The position numbers and the translations under genes were made by a program. DNA of 64,000 nucleotides, taken from NCBI GenBank assembly GCA_965219415.1, contig CBDCNP010000002.1, positions 4,224,001 through 4,288,000 on the forward strand, in the 5' to 3' direction. The notes beneath the pieces were generated by a model, which was given only the letters and a program-made list of their open reading frames with translations, did not search any database and was not told where the DNA came from. This DNA is from Candidatus Marinacidobacterales bacterium. Lineage in GTDB: Bacteria; Acidobacteriota; Vicinamibacteria; Marinacidobacterales; DATDRI01. Shown in pieces: positions 1 to 11,462 of the stretch (the stretch's first letter is position 1; the number at the start of each line of letters is the position of its first letter).

Positions 1-546
1 CGTGTTATATCGACGGTAGCTTTCTGAGTTGATGACGAGTCGGCCCGAGTGGGAGGCGACCTCGAACCGCTCCTCCGGTCGTAGATGCGGGAACAGACGA
101 GCCGGGCTGAGCCCTTCCGCAACGTTGGCCACGACGACCACCGCTTTGCGAACGAGCTGCTCGGTCACCACAAACGACGCCAGCACGGGATGTGCGGAGA
201 GCTTCTCGACTATCGCGCGGACGAAGTCATCGCTGGTGGACAGCGGTGGCAGAACGATCGGCGCCGCCTCGGGTAGAGCTTCCGTCTCGCCGGACGGTGG
301 CGCAGCCGACTCTGCCACGGTGCTTGTCGGCGCCTCAAGTGCGTCGGGAGCCTCCCCGGTCTCGTCGATACCTCCGCCAGTAAGGAGAAAGTACAGGACG
401 ATCCCCACGACAAAAGGAATCCCGACGACTCCGGCGGAGACGAGGAGCCAATGCCGGAGGGGCTTGCCATCGTCCGTCAGGACGGGTTCGGAAACCGCAC
501 TTTCTTCCGGCTGGTCGATGTTCCGGTCTTCCCAATCGGACGGCAT
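1..546 (-). CDS. DUF3014-like membrane-anchored protein, 5' part (runs off window)
   Basis: Hand translation from ATG at 546: MPSDWEDR...TM helix...LPPLSTSDDFVR...LVRKAVVVVANVAEG...SYRRYN; resembles DUF3014. Confidence 0.6.
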   Translation of the reverse strand, partial: MPSDWEDRNIDQPEESAVSEPVLTDDGKPLRHWLLVSAGVVGIPFVVGIVLYFLLTGGGIDETGEAPDALEAPTSTVAESAAPPSGETEALPEAAPIVLPPLSTSDDFVRAIVEKLSAHPVLASFVVTEQLVRKAVVVVANVAEGLSPARLFPHLRPEERFEVASHSGRLVINSESYRRYNT

Positions 547-646
547 TTATTAGTTCCTCGCGCGCTCGGCTCGGCCGGGCTCTTCGCCCGGCCTTCGCCC
601 TCCGGCGACAAGCGCCTGCGGGCGGGCTAGAGATCTTGCCTCTTTA

Positions 647-812
647 GGTGCTTTCGCCATTAAGTGTTGGTGAGATGACGCTAAGACTTTACGGTGCATT
701 AAATTACAGCCAAAATAGCGCTCACGACCTTCGCTGCGCGCTAAATGGAGCGTAAGCGCCTCTCTTGCAAAGGGATGCGTACACATCACCAACAGCAAAC
801 AGCGCAAGCACC
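647..812 (-). mobile_element. IS1-family-derived MITE (type B, 166 bp)
   Basis: GGTGCTT...AAGCACC termini like the IS1 element at 48507-49706; near-identical copies at 16362, 28441, 45502; no TSD. Confidence 0.85.
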
Positions 813-1143
813 AATCCTACGCAAATACGTCGACTACTATCATTCGTGCCGGACTCATTTGTCGCTTGAGAAGGGACGCGCCCCGAGCCTCGCCGGGTAG
901 AGTCACCGGCGATGGGCAAAGTGAGAGCCATTCCAAAGGTCGGTGGTCTCCATCATCATTACACTCGACGCGCTGCTTGAGCCGACCCGCTCGGAACGGC
1001 TGCCGGACTTCGCACCAGCTTACACCTCTACCCCTGAGTAGAGCCGACGCCGGCTCTTAAAACGTCCTACATGAAGACGACCAAAGCATTCCGGTTGCAG
1101 GAAGTTCGCCAATCTCATACAGCTCGAGTTTATGGAAGGGACA
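813..1143 (+). pseudogene. 3' remnant and right end of an rve (integrase core) IS
   Basis: YVDYYHSCRTHLSL...PKVGGLHHHY-like text ending ...GAGTTTATGGAAGGGACA; same end inverted at 39168. Confidence 0.75.
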
Positions 1144-1320
1144 CCCCATCCATCATTATCATGGAGAGCGCAACCATCAAGGGCTCGGGAACGTGTTGCT
1201 CGAAGTGGAAGAATGCGTCGCAGTTCCCACGGAAACGTGCGATGTCGTAAGCGACTAGGCAGCTTGCTCAGTCATTACCACCGCGACGCGGCATAGGGAC
1301 CACCCGCGTGCCCCGTCCGG

Positions 1321-1848
1321 CTATTGGCCGACAGGGCTCATGAAGCCGCCGCTCACGGCGATCAGCACGAGCATAACACCCCACCCGGCCACGCACACCA
1401 CCACCGCACGCCATGTCGTCGTGAAATCAAGCGCCTGCCGCACCGCCAGCACCATCGCGACGAGCATCCAGATCGGCACCGCCAGCAGAAACAGGTCGCC
1501 GAGCAGCCCTGGCAAGATGCCAAGCACGCGCAGCACGCCTGGGGCCGCCGCGAACCCGGTGGTCCGGAGCAACTCCCCCACATCGGCGCGCGTCTGGGGC
1601 TGCGCGAAGACCTTGGTGCCGAGGACGTAGATCAGGACGGCCCAGATGAGCCAGCCGACCAGCGCCACCAGGGTGCCGACGATGAGGTGCGCACCCTGGC
1701 CCCCCGCCAGGCCGATACCGCCGGCCACGCTCGAGAGGACAACCACACCCATCGCCTGCGCGGTGGCTCTCGGATCCGCCTCGACCTCCTCGTAGATGTC
1801 TGGTTTCAGACGGGCAGCGCCAACGACGCGTTCAGCGAAGGTATGCAT
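1321..1848 (-). CDS. YIP1-family membrane protein
   Basis: YEEVEAD...AQA, five hydrophobic helices, LLRTTGFA..PG, AVRQALD motifs. Confidence 0.7.
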   Translation of the reverse strand: MHTFAERVVGAARLKPDIYEEVEADPRATAQAMGVVVLSSVAGGIGLAGGQGAHLIVGTLVALVGWLIWAVLIYVLGTKVFAQPQTRADVGELLRTTGFAAAPGVLRVLGILPGLLGDLFLLAVPIWMLVAMVLAVRQALDFTTTWRAVVVCVAGWGVMLVLIAVSGGFMSPVGQ

Positions 1849-1876
1849 ACTCCTGCAAGAGTATGCCATGCCTCGT

Positions 1877-1970
1877 TGTGATCCGCAAAAAAGAAGATCG
1901 GCCAGAAGCAGCCGACCGTAGCAAGTCTAAAGCGCGCAATCAACGCTGGATGGACTTTTTGCGGAGCACA
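1877..1970. mobile_element. 94-bp TGT...ACA MITE (type E)
   Basis: TGTGATCCGCAAAAA...TTTTTGCGGAGCACA inverted ends; copies at 14152-14245 and 30223-30316. Confidence 0.85.
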
Positions 1971-2060
1971 ACCGGCACTGGTGACCTGACTCCCATTGCC
2001 GAAGTGAAGCAAGGTCAATCCAGAGTGGAGGGAAGCCGTGAACTCCAGGACTAGCTATGA

Positions 2061-2116
2061 TTCCGAAACGCACTGGCGCGTGGGTCTTGAGTGCGTTTGT
2101 ATTTTTGGACACGACG
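2061..2116 (-). repeat. Solo transposon end type C (CGTCGTGTCCAAAAATACAAACG)
   Basis: Recurs at 11461/12361, 16162, 29247, 31168, 47591, 56419. Confidence 0.8.
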
Positions 2117-2142
2117 CCAACGAAGATCGTCCGGTTATTTCC

Positions 2143-2566
2143 TCATGGGAGCTGCGACTTCAGATAGTTTGCGAACGATGAGCAAGATACAAGGAAGTAC
2201 CTGGCATCTGCAGCGGTGATATTCGGTTCGTCAAGCATGGCATGTCTAATGCCTTGTTTGTCGCTCGTATAGCCGTACAACTTTAGAAAGCCCTCCTTGA
2301 GAGCCCTATGCAGTTGGCCCTTCTTCTCGATGGTCCTTAGTGCGTTGCCGAGTGTTGCCTTGTCGCTCCCTGAGATCGCGCGAGCGATGCTCTCGACGGC
2401 GGAGATTGACTCCTTGATGGAATTTCGATAGTCCGGGTTCTCGCGATCCGAATAGAGCTTCAGTGCACGGTCAATGTGAGTCGAGACCCCAACAAATCTA
2501 GTGTCTTTTGCTGCCTCTTCGACCGTATTGATTTCTTCTTGGCTCAACGACATCGGTGACATACCC
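2143..2566 (-). pseudogene. C-terminal fragment of AbiJ-related/HEPN-like defence protein
   Basis: LYSDRENPDYRNSIKESISAVE...LYGYTSD..GIRHA; 5' part removed at the end at 2567. Confidence 0.65.
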
Positions 2567-2668
2567 CGTCCTGTGCCAAAACTCGGCCCTTTTGAAAGAC
2601 CATGGCTGTAATTTAATGCGCCGTAAAGTCTTAGCGTCATTTTACCAACACTTAATGGCGGAAGCACC
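2567..2668 (+). mobile_element. 102-bp hybrid mini-element: rve type-A end fused to IS1-MITE end
   Basis: CGTCCTGTGCCAAAACTC...CTTAATGGCGGAAGCACC; second copy at 26175-26276. Confidence 0.85.
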
Positions 2669-3515
2669 CCTTGATGAGTAACAACCCAGGGCGGATCGGC
2701 TTCTGTCCCGCAGTGAAGCCGACGAGACAGATCCGTCCGAGCGGTTGGATCACCGACATGAGCGCCGCCTCGAAGAGCTCTCCCTGCACCATGTCGATCA
2801 CGACGTCGACGCCCTCCGAGTGGCCGAGTTCGGTGGCCGCTTGCTTCACCTCCGTCTTGAACGTGCGGTAACTGTCGCCGTCTCGACCGTAGCAGAGCAC
2901 TCGGTCGGCGCCAGCGGCGGTCGCAAACTCTTTCTTGTCCGGGACGCTGACGCCAGCGATCACTGATGCACCCATCGCCTTCGCCAGCTCCACCGCCGCC
3001 ATCCCCACCCCCCCGGACGCTCCATCGACCAACACCAGATCTCCTGCCGTGACCTCACCGAGAATCTTCAAGGAGTAGTAGGCTGGAAAGAAGTTTCGCC
3101 CCAGATTCGCACACGCAGACAGGGGGACCCCGGTCGGCGCCGGCCAGACCGACGACGCCGGCGCAGCGGCGACCTCGGCCAGACCGCCCACGCTCATTTG
3201 CGCGAAGACCTCGTCGCCCACCGCCAACCCGTCGACACCATCGCCTAGCTCCAGGACCATGCCCGACACGTCCATCCCTGGCACATACGGAAGCCGTGGC
3301 CGCTGCTGGTAAAGGCCCTGCGCCTGCAGGGCATCCGGATACTGCACACCGGCATACCGAGTTTGAACCAACACCTGCCCCGGTTCGCAGGCCGGTGGCG
3401 GAATCTCGTCCAACGAGAGGGCCTCTCGGAGCGAAGCCGGAGTCGCCAGGGGTCGCCCCTGGTCGTCGAGACCGACGTAGCGGTGACAGCGGACGGCTTT
3501 CATCAAGCTACTCAT
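2669..3515 (-). pseudogene. NADPH:quinone oxidoreductase (MDR family), 3'-truncated
   Basis: [22 protein letters not shown]; cut at the IS1-type end at 2668. Confidence 0.85.
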
Positions 3516-3566
3516 GGCTCAAAGACGAACAGCTTTCCTCGGCTTTGGGTCATTGCCCCCTAGCGC

Positions 3567-3608
3567 TGTCTGCCCGTCAATACACGATCTTCTTTTTTGC
3601 GAATCACA
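3567..3608. mobile_element. 42-bp TGT...ACA mini-element
   Basis: TGTCTGCCCGTCAATA...TTTTTGCGAATCACA; copy at 11311-11352. Confidence 0.75.
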
Positions 3609-3667
3609 CCCGGCAGACCGGAGACTAATCAAGTTCGGTGCGCGCGGATGAATAAATAGAAGGCACA
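3609..3667 (-). repeat. Solo rve left end type R (TGTGCCTTCTATTTATTCATCCG)
   Basis: Same end precedes rve N-termini at 25704 and 31396. Confidence 0.85.
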
Positions 3668-4683
<1,016 letters not shown>

Positions 4684-4918
4684 GTGCTGGATGAGGGCCA
4701 GAGCGTGGGTCGGGTGGCCCGCGAGCTTGACCTCAAGGAAACTTCCTTCAGGAACTGGAAGTTCCGGAACTGGAAGTTCCGGTAGCACCTTTCTCTTTTA
4801 CAAAGGGCAATGGCTACCACCGCCGGGGGACCACCTGTGATACGCTTCGGCTCTGCACTGGCTCTGTTGTTTCCAGGAAGGCTGGCGCTCGTTGCGGCCT
4901 TGGCCGCGATTTCACGTC

Positions 4919-5160
4919 ATGGCGGACATCGTGGACAGTGAACGGCAAAGCGAGATCATGTCGAGGACTCGGAGACTAGACACCGCGCCTGGACTCGTCG
5001 TTCGTCGTATTGCGCACAGGCTGGGCCTCCGTTTCCGTCTGCACCGGAAAGACTCCTCGGGCCGACCTGACTTGGTCTTCCCGCGACACCGGTTGGTGGT
5101 ATTCGTGCACGGGTGTTTCTGGCATCGACACAGTGGATGCCGGTATGCGTATCGTACGGA
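4919..5160 (+). pseudogene. vsr: Very-short-patch-repair endonuclease, 3'-truncated
   Basis: MADIVDSERQSEIMS, GRPDLVFP, FVHGCFWHRH. Confidence 0.85.
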
Positions 5161-5168
5161 GGTGCGTC

Positions 5169-6872
5169 ATGAGGCATTTCTTGGTTTCCCTCGGTATCGC
5201 CCTGCCGGTCGCCATTCTTTCCGCTTGCTCCCCCGAGTCGGCAACGGAACCCTTCGATCTCATTCTGGCTGGCGGTGAGGTTGTAGACGGGACCGGCAGC
5301 TCTGCTCGTCGGGCAGATGTGGGTATCCGCAGCGATGCGATAGCCGCTGTAGGCGACCTGTCGGCGGCGAGTGCGGCGAGAAGGGTCGATGTCAGTGGTC
5401 TCGTCGTCTCTCCCGGCTTCATCGACATGCACAGCCACTCGGACTTCACCCTCCTAGTCGACGGGCGAGGACTCTCCAAGATCACGCAAGGAGTGACGAC
5501 CGAGCTTCTGGGCGAGTCCGGCTCCGCAGCGCCCGTCGAGGGAGAAGCGGTCCCTGAGATGGAGCGCCGCCTTGCGAACATAGACCTCGAGCTCGGATGG
5601 AGAAGCCTCAGCGAGTACTTCGATGTCGTGGAACAATCGGGAACCAGCGTCAATATCATCACCACGGTGGGAAGCGGCCAGCTTCGCGCCTCGGTAGTGG
5701 GATACGACAACCGACCCGCGACCGAAGGGGAAATGGCGCGGATGGAAGAGCTCGTCGACGAGGCGATGCGCGACGGTGCTATCGGCGTTTCGAGCGGACT
5801 CATCTATCCACCTAACGCCTATGCCTCGACGGAAGAGCTGATCGCTCTGGCCAGGGTTGCGGCCAAGTACGACGGCATCTATTTGACGCACATGCGGGGA
5901 GAGAGCGACAACCTGCTCAGGTCTCTGGAAGAAGCTATTCGCATCGGAAAGGAATCGGGTGCCGCCGTAGAAGTGCTTCATTTCAAGCGTTCCGGAATCC
6001 TCATCGACGATGAAACGGAGTCGCCGACTATTCAGGACGCGGTGGCTCTCATCGAGAAGGCGCGCTCCGAAGGCGTTACCATCTTCGCCAATCTCTATCC
6101 CTACGCTGCCTCGCAGACCACGCTCGGAATTCGCCTTCCCGACTGGGTGTACGACGGAGGTCGCGAGGAAATGCTGGCTCGACTGCGCGATCCCGAAACG
6201 CGCGAGCGTATCCGAAGCGAGATAGCGCAAAGCTTGTCCGAGGGCATCGCCGGGAGCACCGCCGATACGATCCTCTTTGGTTCCACGACGTACGGCAGCC
6301 ACCGCGTGTATCAAGGCAAACGGATCCGCGAGATCGCCGAAGACATGGGAGTCGAGCCCGCGGAGGCTATCATCGAGCTCATCGACAAGGCAGACGGAAG
6401 CACGCGGGCCATCTACTTCGCCATGCGCGACGAGGACGTTCGTTACCTTCTCGGGCTCGACTGGACGACGATTGGGAGCGACGGCACCGCGGTGGCGCCG
6501 GAGGGAATCCTGGCGCGCTCGCACCCTCATCCCCGCTGGTACGGAAGCTTTCCGCGGGTTCTTGGTCACTACGTCCGCGAGGAGAACGTCATTTCGCTCG
6601 CCGAAGCCGTTCGCAAAATGACGAGCCTAGCGGCGGAACGCATCGGTGTAACCGACCGGGGGGTCATCCAGGAGGGAATGAAGGCTGATGTCGTGGCGTT
6701 CGATCCCGGAACGATCATCGATCGGTCGACCTTCACGGATCCGCATCAGCTGTCGGAGGGTGTCGAATGGGTCGTCGTCAACGGAGAGGTCGTTCTGGCG
6801 GAGGGTGAGCACACCGGAGCCATGCCGGGACGGGTGCTTCGGGGCTCCGGCTTCCTCAAACCTGTGTCCTGA
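5169..6872 (+). CDS. N-acyl-D-amino-acid deacylase (amidohydrolase), lipoprotein signal
   Basis: ILSAC lipobox, PGFIDMHSHSD, THMRGE, IGSDG, HPRWYGSFPRVLG. Confidence 0.9.
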   Translation: MRHFLVSLGIALPVAILSACSPESATEPFDLILAGGEVVDGTGSSARRADVGIRSDAIAAVGDLSAASAARRVDVSGLVVSPGFIDMHSHSDFTLLVDGRGLSKITQGVTTELLGESGSAAPVEGEAVPEMERRLANIDLELGWRSLSEYFDVVEQSGTSVNIITTVGSGQLRASVVGYDNRPATEGEMARMEELVDEAMRDGAIGVSSGLIYPPNAYASTEELIALARVAAKYDGIYLTHMRGESDNLLRSLEEAIRIGKESGAAVEVLHFKRSGILIDDETESPTIQDAVALIEKARSEGVTIFANLYPYAASQTTLGIRLPDWVYDGGREEMLARLRDPETRERIRSEIAQSLSEGIAGSTADTILFGSTTYGSHRVYQGKRIREIAEDMGVEPAEAIIELIDKADGSTRAIYFAMRDEDVRYLLGLDWTTIGSDGTAVAPEGILARSHPHPRWYGSFPRVLGHYVREENVISLAEAVRKMTSLAAERIGVTDRGVIQEGMKADVVAFDPGTIIDRSTFTDPHQLSEGVEWVVVNGEVVLAEGEHTGAMPGRVLRGSGFLKPVS

Positions 6873-6919
6873 CTACAACCGGTCGGTACACAATCTGGCC
6901 TCAAGCCCATCGAGAACCC

Positions 6920-7096
6920 CGTCCTGTGCCAAAACTCAGCCCTTTTGAAATAGCCCATAAATCAGCAACTTAGAGTCTGGTTTGCGGTCGTGCCCAGGGC
7001 CGAGCACGAACAAACGACGAAATCATGCAGGCATAGTCCCGGCAGATCGGAGACCGATCAGGTTCGGGGCGCGCGGATGAATAAATAGAAGGCACA
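6920..7096 (+). mobile_element. 177-bp MITE (A + R ends), followed by a 21-bp inverted A-end stub (7097-7117)
   Basis: CGTCCTGTGCCAAAACTC...AATAGAAGGCACA; copies at 15466 and 56594. Confidence 0.85.
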
Positions 7097-7190
7097 GCCG
7101 AGTTTTGGCACAGGACGGGGTAACGGAGTCGTCGAAGGTTGCTGCTGCCTGAACTTTTCTACACACCTATTGACAAGAGCTCGGCCAAGT

Positions 7191-7463
7191 CTACTTACCT
7201 ACTTGTATGTAGTATGTTTCGGACCACAAGTACCATCCGTCATTTGCCATTGCGTGAAGAATAATTTTGCATTGGCCTTGCCTTGTGGCAATGAATCGGT
7301 ATGTGTAGCTTGTCTCGTTTCCAATTTGTCGCAGTTTCCCGCTAGGACACCAACCCTCCCATCGTGGCGTGCCTTTTGACGACCAAGGCTCTTCATTTGC
7401 CGTAACGATTTGGAGCTGGATTTCTTGGCCTGTACTTTCCTGTCCTGGCATTGGTGTCTGCAC
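7191..7463 (-). CDS. Hypothetical protein (lower-GC cargo)
   Basis: ORF only. Confidence 0.3.
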   Translation of the reverse strand: MQTPMPGQESTGQEIQLQIVTANEEPWSSKGTPRWEGWCPSGKLRQIGNETSYTYRFIATRQGQCKIILHAMANDGWYLWSETYYIQVGK

Positions 7464-7517
7464 TACGGGCTCGCCGCTCCGAGTTACCCCTATCTCGTGG
7501 TATTTCCATCGCGGTGC

Positions 7518-7874
7518 CTAGGTGTTGTTTGCTGGTGCTCTGCGTGCTTCTCTTTCTGTGCTGATGCATCTGACGTACGCATTGTACATCTCTACCGCAA
7601 CTTGCCCCCGCTTTTCCCCGAACGCAAACGTGTCAACGCCTTTCTCTTCTGTTTCTGCTTCTGTGATGATTTTACCCTTTCTTCGGCTGAGTTCCGCGGC
7701 CATCTCTCGAGTAGCACTTGTGCTGTATCCACCCGTACACAACGCAATTCTGTTTTGCGTTTCACTTGCCAGTCTGGGTAGTTGAAGGTGTACTCCGCAG
7801 CCTATTCCGAGCAATGCCGTTCCTGCTAGCAATCTAATTGTCTGCACCTTGTCTATTTTCTGGGTCCACCTCAA
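7518..7874 (-). CDS. Hypothetical lipoprotein (lower-GC cargo)
   Basis: LLGIGC lipobox-like N-terminus. Confidence 0.4.
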   Translation of the reverse strand: MRWTQKIDKVQTIRLLAGTALLGIGCGVHLQLPRLASETQNRIALCTGGYSTSATREMAAELSRRKGKIITEAETEEKGVDTFAFGEKRGQVAVEMYNAYVRCISTEREARRAPANNT

Positions 7875-8024
7875 TCTTACGTGCTAGAGTCGCCGCTTTC
7901 TATGTTCGACTGCTTGTTCGTTTCGGCGTTCTGTGAATAACCTACTAAACCGGACTACTGATCCGCCCCGGGTTTTCCGGAGACTGTTTTAGTTGAGTCT
8001 CGCCATCTCTAGCGAGCCTTCCTG

Positions 8025-9424
8025 GGTGATGTCTTAAGATTCCTGTCAAAGAAAAACGATGTATGGTTCCCCAAGCTCAAACCCGTCCCCGTCATGGGGA
8101 CAGAAAAGGAGAACCATACATCATGGGAAAGGTACTACCGAGTCAGCGATTGCTCAAGCAGTTCGAGGAACAACTGGTATTTGGGGAGATGAATCTCTCG
8201 GAGATCGTCCGGTCGGGAGCTCAGATGATGCTTCAATATGCGTTGGAGCGCGAGGTGACGGAGGCGTTGGGTCGAAACTACTATGAGAACGCTCCGGCAA
8301 CGACGAAGGAGAAGGGACGACGCAACGGGTATGAGTCGCATCGGGTCCTCACGGGCGAGGGAGCGGTGACGGTGCAAGTGCCGCGGGTACGAGAAACAGA
8401 GAAGGTGTTTCAGTCAAAGATTCTCGACGCCTACGTGAGCCGGACCGAGAAACTCGATGAACTGATCGCGCGGATGTACGTCCACGGGATGTCGACGCGT
8501 GACATTGAGGCGACGTTCGCGGACGTGCTGAGCGGCACGGGTGTCTCGAAGTCGGTGGTGAGCCGGGTCACACGGTGTCTGTCGGAGGATTTCGAGGCGT
8601 TTCGAAAACGGGATCTCTCGAACGAGAAGCTGTTGTATCTCGAGCTCGACGGCACGTACCTGCGCTACCACCAAGGAGCGGAGAGGAAAGAGCCCATCCT
8701 CGTTGCGACCGGCTATCGCGCTGATGGGACGCGAGTTCTTCTTCATATCGGTGTCGGCAACCGAGAATCCTACGAGAACTGGAAGGGGTTCTTGCAGGAG
8801 ATAGTGGCCCGAGGAATGAGGGAGCCGTTGCTCATCGTGACGGACGGGAATCCTGGAGTGCTCAAAGCGATCGCAGAGGTCTTCCCTCGAAGCCTCAAGC
8901 AACGTTGCCAGAAGCACCGCCTCGAGAACATCCTGGGCAAGGCTCCGAAGGAAGTGCGCGACGAACTCAAGGCGGCCATCCTTGAGTCGTTCCATGCGAA
9001 CAGCTACGAGCAAGGGCTGAAGAAGGGTCGGGAGGTGATCGCTCGGTACCGTCAACGATTCCCGAGCGCGATGAAGTGCATGGAAGAGACCCTCGAAGCA
9101 TGTCTTCAGGCGCTACGCCTTCCTGCGGCGCATCACAAAAGGCTTCGCACGTCGAATCTACTTGAGCGCACGTTCGGAGAGCACAAACGTCGCACAAAGG
9201 TCATTCCTCACTTCTTCACCGAGGAGGCCGCGATGAAACTCTCGTTCGCTGTGCTCTTGGCCGCCGCAAACAAATGGCGCGGCGTGAGGATGGATGTCTT
9301 CGCCGCTAGGAAAGTCGAGGAGCTTCGCAACGAGCTTCTCCCGCAAGGCACGTCGGAGGAATCAGCAGCTTAACCGAGCGCGGGGAACCGTACGGAGATT
9401 TGACAGGAAAATTAAGACTTGACC
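8025..9424 (+). mobile_element. IS256-family element, 1400 bp, 8-bp TSD CCTTCCTG
   Basis: Imperfect IRs GGTGATGTCTTAAGATTCCTGTCAAA / TTTGACAGGAAAATTAAGACTTGACC; TSD at 8017-8024 and 9425-9432. Confidence 0.95.
8063..9373 (+). CDS. IS256 transposase (start may be 8122)
   Basis: RRNGY, GMSTRD, LELDG, VTDG..G, RTSNLLER. Confidence 0.95.
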   Translation: MVPQAQTRPRHGDRKGEPYIMGKVLPSQRLLKQFEEQLVFGEMNLSEIVRSGAQMMLQYALEREVTEALGRNYYENAPATTKEKGRRNGYESHRVLTGEGAVTVQVPRVRETEKVFQSKILDAYVSRTEKLDELIARMYVHGMSTRDIEATFADVLSGTGVSKSVVSRVTRCLSEDFEAFRKRDLSNEKLLYLELDGTYLRYHQGAERKEPILVATGYRADGTRVLLHIGVGNRESYENWKGFLQEIVARGMREPLLIVTDGNPGVLKAIAEVFPRSLKQRCQKHRLENILGKAPKEVRDELKAAILESFHANSYEQGLKKGREVIARYRQRFPSAMKCMEETLEACLQALRLPAAHHKRLRTSNLLERTFGEHKRRTKVIPHFFTEEAAMKLSFAVLLAAANKWRGVRMDVFAARKVEELRNELLPQGTSEESAA

Positions 9425-9696
9425 CCTTCCTGCGACCGATAGTAGTTCATCTCGTACTCGACGGGGGAGACATTTCCGATCGGCTCCAAGAGTCGTTGCG
9501 TGTTGTACCAATGCACCCCGTCCTGTGCCAAAACTCGGCCCAGCCGGCATCGACGAAAGAACTGCGCCTCTCGAAATCAGGTAAAATTCTAGCACGCAAA
9601 CAGGTTACGCGGCGGCCACCAACACTTGACTGCGGAAGCACACATCGATGGAGCGGTTGCGTGTCCTTCATCATTATTGTAGTCATTATAGTCGGC

Positions 9697-10981
9697 TGTG
9701 CATCGTCAAAACTGCTCCGCCCACGAAATCAAGACTTACGCTCCGCTTGAATTCCGGGCCGAAGACGGCGAAACTCCGCCGCTATGCTCAACGTTGTTGT
9801 CTTCCTCGTCTCACTTGGCGTCCGTGCCATTCGGGCGATGTGTCGGCGCCGCGCCGACCTGGTGTTGGAGAACGTCGCTTTGCGGCAGCAAGTGACGGCG
9901 CTGAAGAAAGAGCGCCCACGCCCACCGCTCGACGACACGGAACGGGCTTTCTGGGTTGCTCTTCGAGGTTCGTGGCCCGTGTGGGCGAGCCGCCTGCTCA
10001 TCGTCCACGCGGACACCGTGGCCCGTTGGCATCGCGACCGATTCCGACGGTACTGGGCAAATATCTCGCAGCGCCGCCATCCCGGTCGGCCTCGGATTGA
10101 TGCCGAGATTCGTCGCCTCGTCCGCACGATGGCGCAAGACGGCTGGGGGGCGCCACGCATCCATGCTGAGCTCACCAAGCTCGGTTTCATCATCTCCGAG
10201 ATCACGGTGTCGCGATACCTGCCGCGGCGTCCCGCGGAGCCCGACCAGCTGAAACGATGGATGGCTTTCTTGCGCAACCATAAAGACGATATCGCCGCCA
10301 TGGATCTGTTCACCGTGCCCACCGCGTCGCTCCGGCTGCTGTACGGCTTCTTCGTCATCGAGCACGGTCGCCGGCACATCGTTCACTTCAACGCCACGTT
10401 CCACCCGACGTCTGCTTGGGTTATTCAGCAACTACGCGAGGCGTTTCCCTACGACACCGCTCCGAGATATCTCATCTTCGATCGCGACTTCATCTTTAGC
10501 GCTGCGGTCATCGAGTTCATCAAGGCAACGGGCACAAAACCCGTTCGCACTTCGTTTCGCAGCCCATGGCAAAACGGAACCGCGGAGCGGTGGGTCGGCA
10601 GCTGCCGTCGCGAGCTCCTTGAGCACGTCGTGGTTCTCGGTGCATGTCATCTCATCCGGCTCGTGCGAGCTTACATCAGCTACTATCATGAGGACCGTTG
10701 CCACTTGGGGCTGAACAAGGACACACCGAGCTTGAGAACGGTCACGCACCGACCGTCTCCTACGGCGAAAGTAGTCGCACTGCCGCGAGTCGGTGGACTG
10801 CACCATCGATACGAGTGGCGAGAGGCAGCCTGAGTCAGCTTGGTCGCTCGCGTTACTCGGCTGGTCGCCGAGAAGTTCGTTCTCAGCACCTTCCCTCGCG
10901 CGCTGACCACGCTCTCCAGCATGTGCTCGAGGGCGGTCCGGGCCCTAGAGTCCAGTCCCGGATTAATAATGATGATGGACA
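9697..10981 (+). mobile_element. rve/IS481-like IS, complete, TGT...ACA ends, no TSD
   Basis: TGTGCATCGTCAAAACT left, TAATAATGATGATGGACA right; inverted copy at 19926-21211. Confidence 0.9.
9784..10833 (+). CDS. Integrase-core (rve) DDE transposase, 349 aa
   Basis: [36 protein letters not shown]. Confidence 0.9.
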   Translation: MLNVVVFLVSLGVRAIRAMCRRRADLVLENVALRQQVTALKKERPRPPLDDTERAFWVALRGSWPVWASRLLIVHADTVARWHRDRFRRYWANISQRRHPGRPRIDAEIRRLVRTMAQDGWGAPRIHAELTKLGFIISEITVSRYLPRRPAEPDQLKRWMAFLRNHKDDIAAMDLFTVPTASLRLLYGFFVIEHGRRHIVHFNATFHPTSAWVIQQLREAFPYDTAPRYLIFDRDFIFSAAVIEFIKATGTKPVRTSFRSPWQNGTAERWVGSCRRELLEHVVVLGACHLIRLVRAYISYYHEDRCHLGLNKDTPSLRTVTHRPSPTAKVVALPRVGGLHHRYEWREAA

Positions 10982-11310
10982 GGCCAAATGTTTATCAATT
11001 ATGGTCAGTTCGCCGCAGATCTTTGAAGCTGAATGCCGGACGCCAAGGCAAATTCAGCTGGCAAATGCTTTCTGCCGCTATCTCGAAATGGCAGATCGAT
11101 TGGCCGATTAGATGACATCCCGTCCTGTGCGGTGCTTGGTGGGCTCCATCACGATTACCGGTTGTCACGCGTCGCCTGACGGACCTAGCTTCTCGCGGGG
11201 AACAACGCGTTCTTTCTCAAGCACGTTATTGCGTCGGTGGCCCGGCAGCGACAGAGTGCAGAACCTCCACCGAGGCGAACACGAGTTCGCAGGACCTCAA
11301 CTCCCATGGC

Positions 11311-11352
11311 TGTCTGCCCGTCAATACGCGATCTTCTTTTTTGCGGATCACA
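11311..11352. mobile_element. 42-bp TGT...ACA mini-element
   Basis: Copy of 3567-3608. Confidence 0.75.
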
Positions 11353-11462
11353 GCTCACGGCGTGCGTGCGCCGGGCAATGTTAGAGCAAGTTGGCGCGCT
11401 TGTGCTCGGTACATCGCTGCAACCGGCAACCCGGCCACTTCTCCAGCGCTTTCGTCAGCCCG

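Larger units (their letters stand above)
7959..9518 (-). pseudogene. IS3 3' remnant interrupted by IS256
   Basis: Nearly identical to 4530-4683 in reverse; continuous across the IS256 insertion. Confidence 0.85.

Noticed and set aside
29-553. 174-aa plus-strand ORF and other long antisense ORFs (5454-6569, 12831-13826, 55299-56207)
   Set aside because: They are shadows of recognisable genes on the opposite strand or in another frame of GC-rich DNA.
10982-10984. GGC on both sides of the rve IS 9697-10981 as a 3-bp TSD
   Set aside because: Not reproduced by the second copy or any MITE; explained by GC-rich target preference.
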